Source: Octopus vulgaris
Taxonomy: Eukaryota
Assembly: GCA_951406725.2 (NCBI GenBank)
Contig: CATOCA020000060.1
Coordinates: 1 to 10,565, forward strand
Length of the DNA: 10,565 nucleotides
Direction of reading: 5' to 3'
Position 1 is the stretch's first letter, and every line of letters begins with the position of its first letter. Below the pieces are notes generated by a model. It worked only from the letters and a program-made list of their open reading frames with translations. It had not been told where the DNA came from and did not search any database. Below, in pieces: positions 1-9,327 of the stretch. Both the position numbers and the translations under genes were made by a program.

Positions 1-189
1 TCTATTTTGAATTCTGCATGATATTTGTGGTATGGAAAATTTAAAGGCATTTCATAAATTCCGCGTCTAATATGATATCTTATAGTTGCTATAATAGAAG
101 TCTTTCATCTGGGAAAATTATTATTTCGCTTGCACAAAAGTGGCATACACTCTCACACAAACAATTCATATGTAAGTACCGAAGTCTAC

Positions 190-572
190 GATTGTCAATC
201 AGAATACAGAATATTTAACAATCAATCAACTAGCAGCTCATTTAGTGAGCCTACCCAGCTGTATTTCAGAATTAGCACAGCAATATACTTGTATCTTATA
301 ATACAGTCACATCAAGATTGCGAAGCATGACTGTCAACACTACATGAACGAAGATTGCAGAATTCAATGCATGAAAGTACTAGTTCAATCAGAATGAATA
401 TTTAATTCTACTATTTCATTTTATTTTATTCAATTATAATATATTATCTTATAATATATCATTATAAGATTGTAAATAAAACGTGAAAATCAGATTCCTA
501 AGGTTGGAATTCTTTTTGATTAATATGCCAATTCTTCTATACACAATCACACACACCCATATATATATATAT
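190..572 (+). repeat. 5'-truncated copy of the element's 3' end (pseudo-LTR); left boundary fuzzy, ~150-200
   Basis: Matches ~4585-4930 and ~8995-9345 (TCAGAATACAG...GAGCCTACCCAGCTGTATTT...GAAGCATGACTGTCAACAC...CACACACCCATATAT). Similarity decays leftward of ~200. Confidence 0.85.
345..387 (+). ncRNA. Copy of the candidate hammerhead in the 5' pseudo-LTR
   Basis: Identical to 9119-9163 except that the CCC run is reduced to one C (TGAACGAAGA), possibly homopolymer compression. Confidence 0.45.
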
Positions 573-599
573 CTATATTCCTATTGTGTATATGCCAAC

Positions 600-1928
600 A
601 TCTTCTGGGAAAGCAACTGAAACAAAATTAGCAAGAATCGAAGAATTCTAATGGAAATTTCATCGAAATTATCCAGCACTCATCACGATGATTGACACAC
701 AATCCACTCTATTTTAAAGGAAATAGAAAAACAGTCTACAGACGGAAAACTTGAAATGAACACATAAACTCCTGAAATTAAGAATTTAGCTGAAATGATA
801 CCAACAATTATAAAATCTACAGAGAAAGCCTACCACAACCTCCTTGGATGTCAGAAATAAACGAAAGAAATCTGGAAAAGAGGCACACCGAAAAAGAAAA
901 AGAAGAGATACAGAAGACATGGAAAAAACTCCTTAACATAAGAAAACAAAACTTCTGGAAGGCATATAAATGCGAAAAATATGCTGAAATACATTCCAGA
1001 AATGGATATCTTCAAGCGGCCTCACCCATACTTCCTCGGAAAGTACCTAATTAAAGAAATTGCAGGAGGAACCAGAGGAGAGAGAAACTAAACTTCGATG
1101 GGACCATGCTAGTTTGATAAAAATTCAGGACCGACATCTCCATTACCCTGTCTAAACAATCCCGCTACAAAGCCAAATACGAAGCTATCGATGATCAAAT
1201 CAGAGATGAAATATCCAAACTGACCTGACCGGTCTAATATAGCAGAAAAATGCGAGAACTATGGATCAGAGATATCTCCAAAGAAGAAGCAGATCAAGAA
1301 AGTTTTGGCAGCGGAAACAATTATTTCTCGACAAATATGCTACAAATTACGGTAAAGGTAAAGACACCAGAGAACTCCGAGAAAATAGCATTAAAAAAGT
1401 GGACAACCTCACCAACGCAACATACACCATGAACACGTGGCAACATGAACACCCGTTTTCACCACGAATCGAAGACGAACTACAGTACAGAACTCTTCCC
1501 ATTTTGTATGCAAACACCCTAATGCACACAACATGAACAAAAAAGCACAAACAAAATAGATATTGTTTTGAACAAACCATTAGCAGTAAATAACAAGGAG
1601 ATCATTTTCAAGACCTCAACAGAGATTACCCACAGAAAACTGGACAAAGAGCCGATCTAGATCTAGAAGTAAAGCCCAGATCATTTCTCCAGGTGGTTAA
1701 AAACAATGCTAACAAAGAAATTGAAAAAGTAACATACATAATACCAAAAACAAGACAGAAAACAACGAACGAAACAAGTAAAGTACACAGCCAAAACGCA
1801 AAATTCATCAAGCAAACATCAACAGGAATATAAATCATAACCAGAAAAAAATCCGATTTTTTTACGTCAGGACAACAAACACCGGAGAAAAATCAAGAGA
1901 AACATACCCCAAACAACTGAACGTATAG
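600..1928 (+). pseudogene. ORF1 of unit 1 (putative helical/basic protein), broken by indels
   Basis: Fragments 848-1054 (EEIQKTWKKLLNIRKQNFWKAYKCEKYAEI), 1250-1432 (MRELWIRDISKEEA) and 1261-1536 (RSRKFWQRKQLFLDKY) can be stitched together using unit 2. The last open frame (NINRNINHNQ...) ends at TAG 1926-1928. Confidence 0.6.
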
Positions 1929-4207
1929 ATCCTAAAATAATTAATTTATCAAAAAAGGATCTTGACAATGATGAAATCAACTTCTGTCAAAAGGACTGAA
2001 ATTCACACCTACACCAACATTGGCAACCACCAAGAATTAAAGGAGGATATCAAAATTCTGTCGAAAATTACGACTAACCAGAATTCTTCGCTAACAAAAA
2101 GTAATGAGATTGATGAATCCCTAGTAAGGAATAAATCAAATTTATTTACCCCACCAAAAGGAAGAAATAACTACCTTGACCAATACATTGATATCCTGTC
2201 TAAATTTCACCCTTAGGCAATACCAATGTTAGGCCAAACATTAGCAAATCAGAGATGTCTGCATGTAAACGTATACAAAGCGATCAAACAATAATAATTA
2301 AACAAGCGAAGATAAAAGGTGGTGCAATTGACCATATTATGGATACCGAATACTATAAGGATTTGGTTGAAGACCAACTGAAAGAGATACAACCTTCTAT
2401 TGTGAAATACCCGCAAATACTAGACCACCACATCATGAAAAAGATCAACAACCTGATTTCAACACACTACAACTCACTTACTTACGGATAATGAAAAAGG
2501 ACTACATCACCAATTTTGAACCAAAACCAACAGCAACTTCTACGGCTTACCAAAAATACACAAATCAAAAAACGCATTCAACAGGCAGTAAAAGAACAAG
2601 AAAGTGAGTACATAAAATTATTACATCCAAAAGACCTACAAAACTTAGACCTATTATAGCTGGTCCAGCATGCCCTACACACCGTCTAAGCAATTTTATT
2701 GACATTGTTTTGAAACCACTATGTACTTACATACCAAGTTTCATCAGGGATGACATCGACTTCCTGTCCCATCTTCCCAAAACAACAGAAACAAATTCAG
2801 TTTTGCTAAGTTTTGATGTGGTAAGCCTCTACACCAATATTCCACACGATTTAGGAATAAAGGCGATTAAATACTGGTTAGAAAAACATAGAGAAGTGAT
2901 TCCCAACAGCAGATTCACAGTGCCATTTTATATTAGACACAGTCAAACTTATTCTAGAAAATAACATTCTTCTTCAATGGAAAATTACATCCAAATTAGA
3001 GGCACGGCGATGGGAACGAGGTTTGCTCCGTTTACGCCAACTTCTAATGTAATGGGATACTTAGAAGAACAACTCTACCAAGGGTGAGGCAAACTATGGC
3101 ACTGAATTTAGAAAGTATATTGAAAAGGCATGGAAGAGATACCTAGACGACTGTTTCATAATCTGGACAGAATCCTCTAAATACTCTGGAAGAGTTCAAT
3201 ATCACTCCTGAACAACCTACACCCATCTCTCAAATTTACAGGAGATGAGTAGTACCAAATTACCATTCCTGGATATAATGGTAATTAAAAAAGACACCAC
3301 CATCACCACAGATATATACTATAAACACACAGACACACATCAATACCTAAATTTTAAGTCGTGCCATCCACCACATACAAAACGTAACATCCCATACTGC
3401 CTAGCCAGAAGAATTTGTACTATTGTAGAAGATGCAAATATCAGGAACAAGCATACAATAGAAACTAAGAGACAACTCAAACTAAAAATACCCATCTCTA
3501 CTTATAAGAATATGGCATACAACAGGCTATAAAAAATACCAAGTACAACAACTTGGGACAACCCAAAGCAAGAACAAGTCATACCATTCATAGTGACACA
3601 CAGCCCATGTCACCAGAATATCTTCAACATTGCCATAGAAGCAAACCTTCAATCATTGCCCAAAGTAATGAATTAAAAGACATAATCAAGGATCGAGCTA
3701 TGGTGCTTAGTAAAAGACAGCCTAAAAACGCTTGAAAACATTACTAACAAAGGCAAAATTTGACCTCAGCAACAAAGACCAAACATTCACGGTATCTAAA
3801 TGCAATGATAACCGATGTGGCACATGCCAATTCATACATACCGGTCAATATATAAACACAAAAACCGGAAAATATTCTAAAACAGCGCGAATATGAACTG
3901 CAAAAAACAGAAATTTAATTTACTGCATCAAATGCCCAAAAAGTGTGAAGAAATATATGTAGGTCAGACGACGGAAACTACACGCAGCTAATGAAGAACG
4001 CTCACGTGTACACCGGCAACAGATTAGAGAACCCAGAAGTTAGAGGCCCGTCAGATACCTTTGAGTAACCACCTAACAACAACATGTGGTCGGAAAATAT
4101 ATATAATATTTCCATTCTACAAATTACACAGCCCAAGTGAAATCGAGAGGAAAATCAGAGAAAAGAATTTTATTGATAAATTCGAACCCAAGCTAAATAA
4201 GCAATAA
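1841..4207 (+). pseudogene. PLE pol (RT + GIY-YIG endonuclease) of unit 1, many frameshifts
   Basis: KIINLS at 1934-1951, followed by KGLKFTP, FYGLPKIHK, SFDVVSLYTNIP, GTAMG, RYLDDCF, LPFLD, CNDNRCGTC and NLIYCIKCP..YVGQT, ending FEPKLNKQ-TAA at 4205-4207. Confidence 0.88.
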
Positions 4208-4711
4208 TAATAATACTTAGGGTATTACTTCCACTACTACGACCATGACCACTAACAACAACAACAATACTAAAGGTGATCAAGAGACGAAGATAGCAAG
4301 CAGGAAAATATCTTATTTAGGGTTAAAAGTTCTATTGCCACCACCATCACCACTAGCAACAATAATTAAGGTGCTGACAATGATGATGATGACAATTGAA
4401 ATATAAAAATATAAAAATCTCTGACAAAGGATATTTACAACATTTCTAAAAATAACCCAACCAATTGCTGCTTCGGCCAGGGTCAAGATATGCAGGACTC
4501 TTGACACCTGTCCAACAAAGCATGATGCTAAACCAATCAGCTCAACCAACCAATCAACTTAAGTAATTGAGTGATACTACACACTGATTGTCAAGAATTC
4601 ATCAATTTGCAAAACCTAGCACTCTGGGGCCTACCACCTACAGTTTATAGCACAGAATCACTCATCTTGCTACAGTCAAAATTGCGAAGCATGACTGTCA
4701 ACACTACTACA

Positions 4712-4749
4712 TGAACCCGAAAGCGAAATTCAATGCATGTACTAGTTCA
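4712..4749 (+). ncRNA. Degraded copy of the candidate hammerhead at the end of unit 1
   Basis: TGAACCCGAAAGCGAAATTCAATGCATGTACTAGTTCA retains stem I and CCGAA but has deletions in stem II and GAAA. Confidence 0.3.
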
Positions 4750-4957
4750 ATCAGAATGAATATTTAACATTCTACTATTTCATTTTATTTTATTCAATTA
4801 TAATATATTATCTTATAATATATCATTATAAGATTGTAAATAAAACGTGAAAACCAGACAAAGTTGGAATTCTTTTATTAATATATTCTTCTATACACAA
4901 TCACTTGTACACGCATATATATATATATATCTATATTCCTATTGTGTATATGCCAAC

Positions 4958-6229
4958 ATGTCTGGAAATTCGCCCAACAAACAAAATTCAGAATCCGAAG
5001 AATTCTAATGGAAATTTCATCGAAATTATCAACACTCATCACGATGATTGACACACAATCCTCTATTTTAAAGGAAATAGAAAAAGCAGTCTACAGACGT
5101 TTTTTTGAAAACGAGGTTAAATGGATACACATAAACTCTGAAATTAGAAGGATTTAGCTGAAATGATACCAACAAAATCTCAATCCTATTTCGACACCTC
5201 CTTGGATGCTCAGAAATAAACGAAAGAAGAATCTGGAAAAAGAGGCACACCGAAAAAGAGAAGAGATACAGAAGACATGGAAAAAACTCCTATAACATAA
5301 GAAAACAAAACTTCTGGAAGGCATATAAATGCGAAAATTATGCTGAAGACTCATTCGAAATGGCTTTATCGAGCACCCATACTTCCTCGGAAGGTACCTA
5401 ATTAAAGAAATTGCAGGAGAACCAGAGGAAGAAACTAAACTTCGATGGGACCTTAGTTTGATAAAATTCAGGACCGACATCTCCATTACCCTGTCTAAGA
5501 CAATCAGCTATGCGCCAAAGCCAAATACGAAACTATCGATGATCAAATCAGAGATGAAATATCCAAACTAACGACCGGCAATATAGCAGAAAAAATGCGA
5601 GAACTATGGATCAGAGATATCTCAAAAGCAAAGAGAAAGCAGATCAAGAAAGTTTTGGCAGCGGAAACAATTATTTCTCGACAAATATGCTACAAATTAC
5701 GGTAAAGACACCAGAACTCCGAGAAATAGCATTAAAAGTGGACAACCTCACCAACGCAACATACACCAGAACACGTGGCAACATGAACACCGTTTCACCA
5801 CGAATCGAAGACGAACGAGTACGGTAGTTAACTCTTCCCATTTTGTATGCAAACACCCTAATGCACACAACATGAACAAAAAGCACAAACAAAATAGATA
5901 TTGTTTTGAACACAGACCATTAGCAGTAGAAATAACAGGAGATCATTTCATAACGACCTCAACAGAGATTACCCACAAGAAAACTGGACAAAAAACCGAT
6001 CTAGATCTAGAAAGTAAACCCAGATCATTTCTCCAGGTGGTTATTAAAAACAATGCTATAAAAATAATTGAAAAGTAGCATACATAATACCAAAACAAGA
6101 CAGAAAACATAACGAAACCATCGAAGTACGAAAACCTTATGTAAGAACCACAACCAAAGCACCCTAATGCATCAAGCAAACATCAACAGGAATATAAATC
6201 ATAACCAGAAAAAAATCCATTTTTTTTGA
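4958..6229 (+). pseudogene. ORF1 of unit 2 (~420 codons, helical N-terminal half, R/N/H/S-rich basic C-terminal half), broken by indels as written
   Basis: ATG at 4958 in GCCAACATG context. Manual two-copy consensus reads ...MEISSKLSTLITMIDTQSSILKEIEK...KREEIQKTWKKLLNIRKQNFWKAYKCE...PILPRKYLIKEIAGEPEEETKLRWDLSLIKFRTDISITLSK...KYETIDDQIRDEISKLTTGNIAEKMRELWIRDISKEEARSRKFWQRKQLFLDKY...RSRSRSKPRS...NINRNINHNQKKIHFF. Start and end are approximate. Confidence 0.62.
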
Positions 6230-6710
6230 ACAGACACAACAAACACCGGAGAAAGAAAAAATCCAGAGGAAAATACCCAAACAACTGAACGTATAGATCT
6301 AAAATAATTAATTTATCAAAAAGGTCAATTAAATCTTGAACAATAAGATGAAATCCAACTTCTGTGCAAAAACAAAAGAAAATGCCCTGTAATTTACCTC
6401 AAAAAGAGATCTTGAAAAATCCAACGATGAAATCCACTTCTGTCGAAAATAAAAAGGACTGAAATTCACACCACCAACAGCCAACCACCAAGAATTAAAG
6501 GAGGATATCCAAAAATTCTGTCGAAAATTACGACTTGTAGAATTCTTCGCTAACAAAAGTAATGAGATTGATGAATCCCTAGTAAGGAATAAATCAAATT
6601 TCACCCCACCAAAAGGAAGAAATAACTACCTTGACCAATACATTGATATCCTGTCTAAATTTCCCTTAGACGCCAATACCAATGTTAGGCCAAACATTAG
6701 CAAATCAGAG

Positions 6711-7793
6711 ATGTCTGCATGTAAACGTATACAAAACGATCAAACAATAATAATTAAACAAGCAGATAAAGGTGGTGCAATTGTTATTATGGATACCGAA
6801 TACTATAAGGATTTGGTTGAAGACCAACTGAAGGATACAACCTTCTATTGTGAAATACCCGCAAATATAGACCACCACATCATGAAAAAGATCAACAACC
6901 TGATTTCAACACACCACAACTCACTTACGGATAATGAAAAAGACTACATCACCAATTTTGAACCAAAACCCAGCAACTTCTACGGCTTACCAAAAATACA
7001 CAAATCAAAAAACATTCAACAGGCAGTAAAAGAACAAGAAAGTGAGTACATAAAATTATTACATCCAAAAGACCTAAAACTTAGACCTATTATAGCTGGT
7101 CCAGCATGCCCTACACACCGTCTAAGCAATTTTATTGACATTGTTTTGAAACCACTATGTACTTACATACCAAGTTTCATCAGGGATGACATCGACTTCC
7201 TGTCCCATCTTCCCAAAACAACAGAAACAAATTCAGTTTTGCTAAGTTTTGATGTGGTAAGCCTCTACACCAATATTCCACACGATTTAGGAATAAAGGC
7301 GATTAAATACTGGTTAGAAAAACATAGAGAAGTGATTCCCAGCAGATTCACAGTGCCATTTATATTAGACACAGTCAAACTTATTCTAGAAAATAACACA
7401 TTCTTCTTCAATGGAAAGAATTACATCCAAATTAGAGGCACGGCGATGGGAACGAGGTTTGCTCCCGTTTACGCCAACTCTGTAATGGGATACTTAGAAG
7501 AACAACTCTACCAAGAGGTGGAGGTAAACTATGGCACTGGATTTAGAAAGTATATTGAAAAGGCATGGAAGAGATACCTAGACGACTGTTTCATAATCTG
7601 GACAGAATCTCTAAATACTCTGGAAGAGTTCAATATCCTCCTGAACAACCTACACCCATCTCTCAAATTTACAAAGGAGATGAGTAGTACCAAATTACCA
7701 TTCCTGGATATAATGGTAATTAAAAAAGACACCACCATCACCACAGATATATACTATAAACACACAGACACACATCAATACCCTAAATTTTAA
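6711..7793 (+). CDS. Penelope-like reverse transcriptase core (open segment of a pol frame that probably spans ~6205-8624)
   Basis: PLE RT motifs ADKGGAIVIM, FYGLPKIHK, LRPIIA, SFDVVSLYTNIP, QIRGTAMGTRFAPVYAN, WKRYLDDCF (YLDD at 7575-7586), LPFLDIMV and TDIYYKHT. The PLE N-terminal motifs KIINLS (6301-6318) and KGLKFTP lie upstream of the Met. An extra C near 7781 truncates the ORF; unit 1 reads HQYLNFKSCHP there. Confidence 0.95.
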   Translation: MSACKRIQNDQTIIIKQADKGGAIVIMDTEYYKDLVEDQLKDTTFYCEIPANIDHHIMKKINNLISTHHNSLTDNEKDYITNFEPKPSNFYGLPKIHKSKNIQQAVKEQESEYIKLLHPKDLKLRPIIAGPACPTHRLSNFIDIVLKPLCTYIPSFIRDDIDFLSHLPKTTETNSVLLSFDVVSLYTNIPHDLGIKAIKYWLEKHREVIPSRFTVPFILDTVKLILENNTFFFNGKNYIQIRGTAMGTRFAPVYANSVMGYLEEQLYQEVEVNYGTGFRKYIEKAWKRYLDDCFIIWTESLNTLEEFNILLNNLHPSLKFTKEMSSTKLPFLDIMVIKKDTTITTDIYYKHTDTHQYPKF

Positions 7794-7949
7794 GTCGTGC
7801 CATCCACCACATACAAAACGTAACATCCCATACTGCCTAGCCAGAAGAATTTGTACTATTGTAGAAGATGCAAATATCAGGAACAAACGCCTAATAGAAC
7901 TAAGAGAATTTTTGCTCAAACAAAAAATACCCATCTCTACTTATAGAAA

Positions 7950-8624
7950 ATGGCATACAAGCGGGCTATAAAAATACCTATACAACAACTTAGGACAACC
8001 CAAGGAAGAGGAAAACAAGAACAAGTCATACCATTCATAGTGACACACAACCCATGTCACCAGAATATCTTCAACATTGCCAAAGCAAACCTTCCAATCA
8101 TTGCCCAAAGTAATGAATTAAAAGACATAATCAAGGATCGAGCTATGGTGCTTAGTAAAAGACAGCCTAAAAACTTGAAAACATTACTAACAAAGGCAAA
8201 ATTTGACCTCAGCAACAAAGACCAAACATTCACGGTATCTAAATGCAATGATAGCCGATGTGGCACATGCCAATTCGTACATACCGGTCAATATATAAAC
8301 ACAAAAACCGGGAAAATATTCACAAACGCGAATATGAACTGCAAAAGCAGAAATTTAATTTACTGCATCAAATGCCCAAATTGTGAAGAAATATATGTAG
8401 GTCAGACGGGAAACGCACTCATTAGAACGCTCACGTGTACACCGGCAACAGATTAGAGACCCAGAGGTCCGTCAGATACCTTTGAGTAACCACCTAGCAA
8501 CATGTGGTCGGAAAATATATATAATATTTCCATTCTACAAATTACACAGCCCAAGTGAAATCGAGAGGAAAATCAGAGAAAAGAATTTTATTGATAAATT
8601 CGAACCAAGCTAAATAAGCAATAA
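7950..8624 (+). CDS. C-terminal part of PLE pol: Cys-rich linker + GIY-YIG endonuclease (ORF 7950-8456 plus frameshifted tail)
   Basis: CNDSRCGTC linker (8244-8270); NLIYCIKCPNCEEIYVGQT (LIY 8355-8363, YVG 8394-8402). After a frameshift it continues RSRVHRQQIR...LSNHLATC...REKNFIDKFEP.LNKQ-TAA (8622-8624), giving the CCHH motif and the R, E and N residues typical of PLE endonucleases. Confidence 0.92.
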
Positions 8625-8941
8625 TAATAATACTTAGAGGTATTACTTCCACTGCTACGACCATGACCACTAACAACAACAACAATACTAAAGGTGATCA
8701 AGACGAAGATAGCAGGAAAATTATCTTATTTAGGGTTAAAAGTTCTATTGCCACCACCATCACCACTAGCAACAATAATTAAGGTGCTGACAATGATGAT
8801 GATGACAATTGAAATATAAAAATATAAAAATCTCTGACAAAGGATATTTACAACATTTCTAAAAATAACCCAACAATTGCTGCTTCGGCCAGGGTCAAGA
8901 TACAGGACTCTTGACCTGTCCAACAAAGCGTGATGCCTAAA

Positions 8942-9000
8942 CCAATCAGCTCAACCAACCAATCAGCTTAAGTAATTGAGTGATACTACACACTGATTGG
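8942..9000. promoter_or_regulatory. Cluster of three CCAAT (NF-Y-type CCAATCAG) boxes; putative internal promoter of the pseudo-LTR
   Basis: CCAATCAG at 8942-8949 and 8959-8966, and its reverse complement CTGATTGG at 8993-9000. Largely retained in unit 1 at 4533-4590. Confidence 0.45.
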
Positions 9001-9118
9001 TCAGAATACAGTTTGCAAAACCTAGCACTCTGGAGCCTACCCAGCTGTATTTATAGCACAGAATCACTCATCTTGCTACAGTCAAAAATTGTGAAGCATG
9101 ACTGTCAACACTACTACA

Positions 9119-9163
9119 TGAACCCGAAGATTGCAGAATTCAATGCATGAAAGTACTAGTTCA
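9119..9163 (+). ncRNA. Candidate minimal type I hammerhead ribozyme (variant core)
   Basis: Stem I TGAAC (9119-9123)/GTTCA (9159-9163); core CCGAAGA (9124-9130); stem II TGCA (9132-9135)/TGCA (9144-9147); GAAA (9149-9152); palindromic mini stem III AGTACT (9152-9157); putative cleavage after A9158. PLE pseudo-LTRs are known to carry such minimal hammerheads. Confidence 0.6.
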
Positions 9164-9223
9164 ATCAGAATGAATATTTAACATTCTACTATTTCATTTT
9201 ATTTTATTCAATTATAATATATT

Positions 9224-9258
9224 ATCTTATAATATATCATTATAAGATTGTAAATAAA
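9224..9258 (+). other. Perfect 10-bp hairpin followed by an AATAAA poly(A)-type signal
   Basis: ATCTTATAAT-ATATC-ATTATAAGAT (9224-9248), then AATAAA (9253-9258). Identical at 446-480 and 4810-4844. Confidence 0.45.
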
Positions 9259-9325
9259 ACGTGAAAATCAGACAAGGTTGGAATTCTTTTTATTAATATA
9301 TTCTTCTATACACAATCACACACAC

Positions 9326-9327
<2 letters not shown>

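Larger units (their letters stand above)
573..4930 (+). mobile_element. PLE unit 1 (ORF1 + RT/GIY-YIG + 3' UTR), heavily frameshifted as written
   Basis: Colinear with unit 2. ORF fragments 2255-2491, 2710-2964 (SFDVVSLYTNIP) and 3245-3532 (LPFLDIMV...HQYLNFKSCHP) match the unit 2 RT. Confidence 0.9.

Noticed and set aside
4313-4549. Minus-strand hydrophobic ORF (FLYFYISIVIIIIVSTLIIVASGDGGG), repeated at 8726-8926
   Set aside because: It is the antisense reading of an A/C-rich 3' UTR with (GAT)n/(CAC)n runs. Recurrence is trivial because the units are near-identical, and the two N-termini disagree.
5015-5043. Minus-strand GTGATGAG...GAAA resembling a hammerhead core
   Set aside because: Lacks the conserved C3, stem II differs between copies, there is no convincing stem I or III, and it lies inside ORF1.
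6286-6288. TGA in frame with KIINLS in unit 2 as a possible selenocysteine or read-through codon (as in some Naiad PLEs)
   Set aside because: In unit 1 the same TGA is out of frame (reads ACT GAA), the clean RT segment has no in-frame TGA, and no SECIS was recognised; indel noise explains it better.
6310-6455. ~80-bp imperfect local duplication (AATTTA..GATCTTGA..GATGAAATCC..CTTCTGT) in unit 2 only
   Set aside because: Absent from unit 1, noisy, and it interrupts the conserved INLS-KGLKFTP segment; most likely a consensus or assembly artefact.
5154-6604. Several minus-strand ORFs (5154-5486, 5671-5913, 5943-6179, 6329-6604; also 1347-1838, 7529-8266)
   Set aside because: Antisense shadows of the A-rich coding strand, rich in F/L/V/S and without recognisable motifs.
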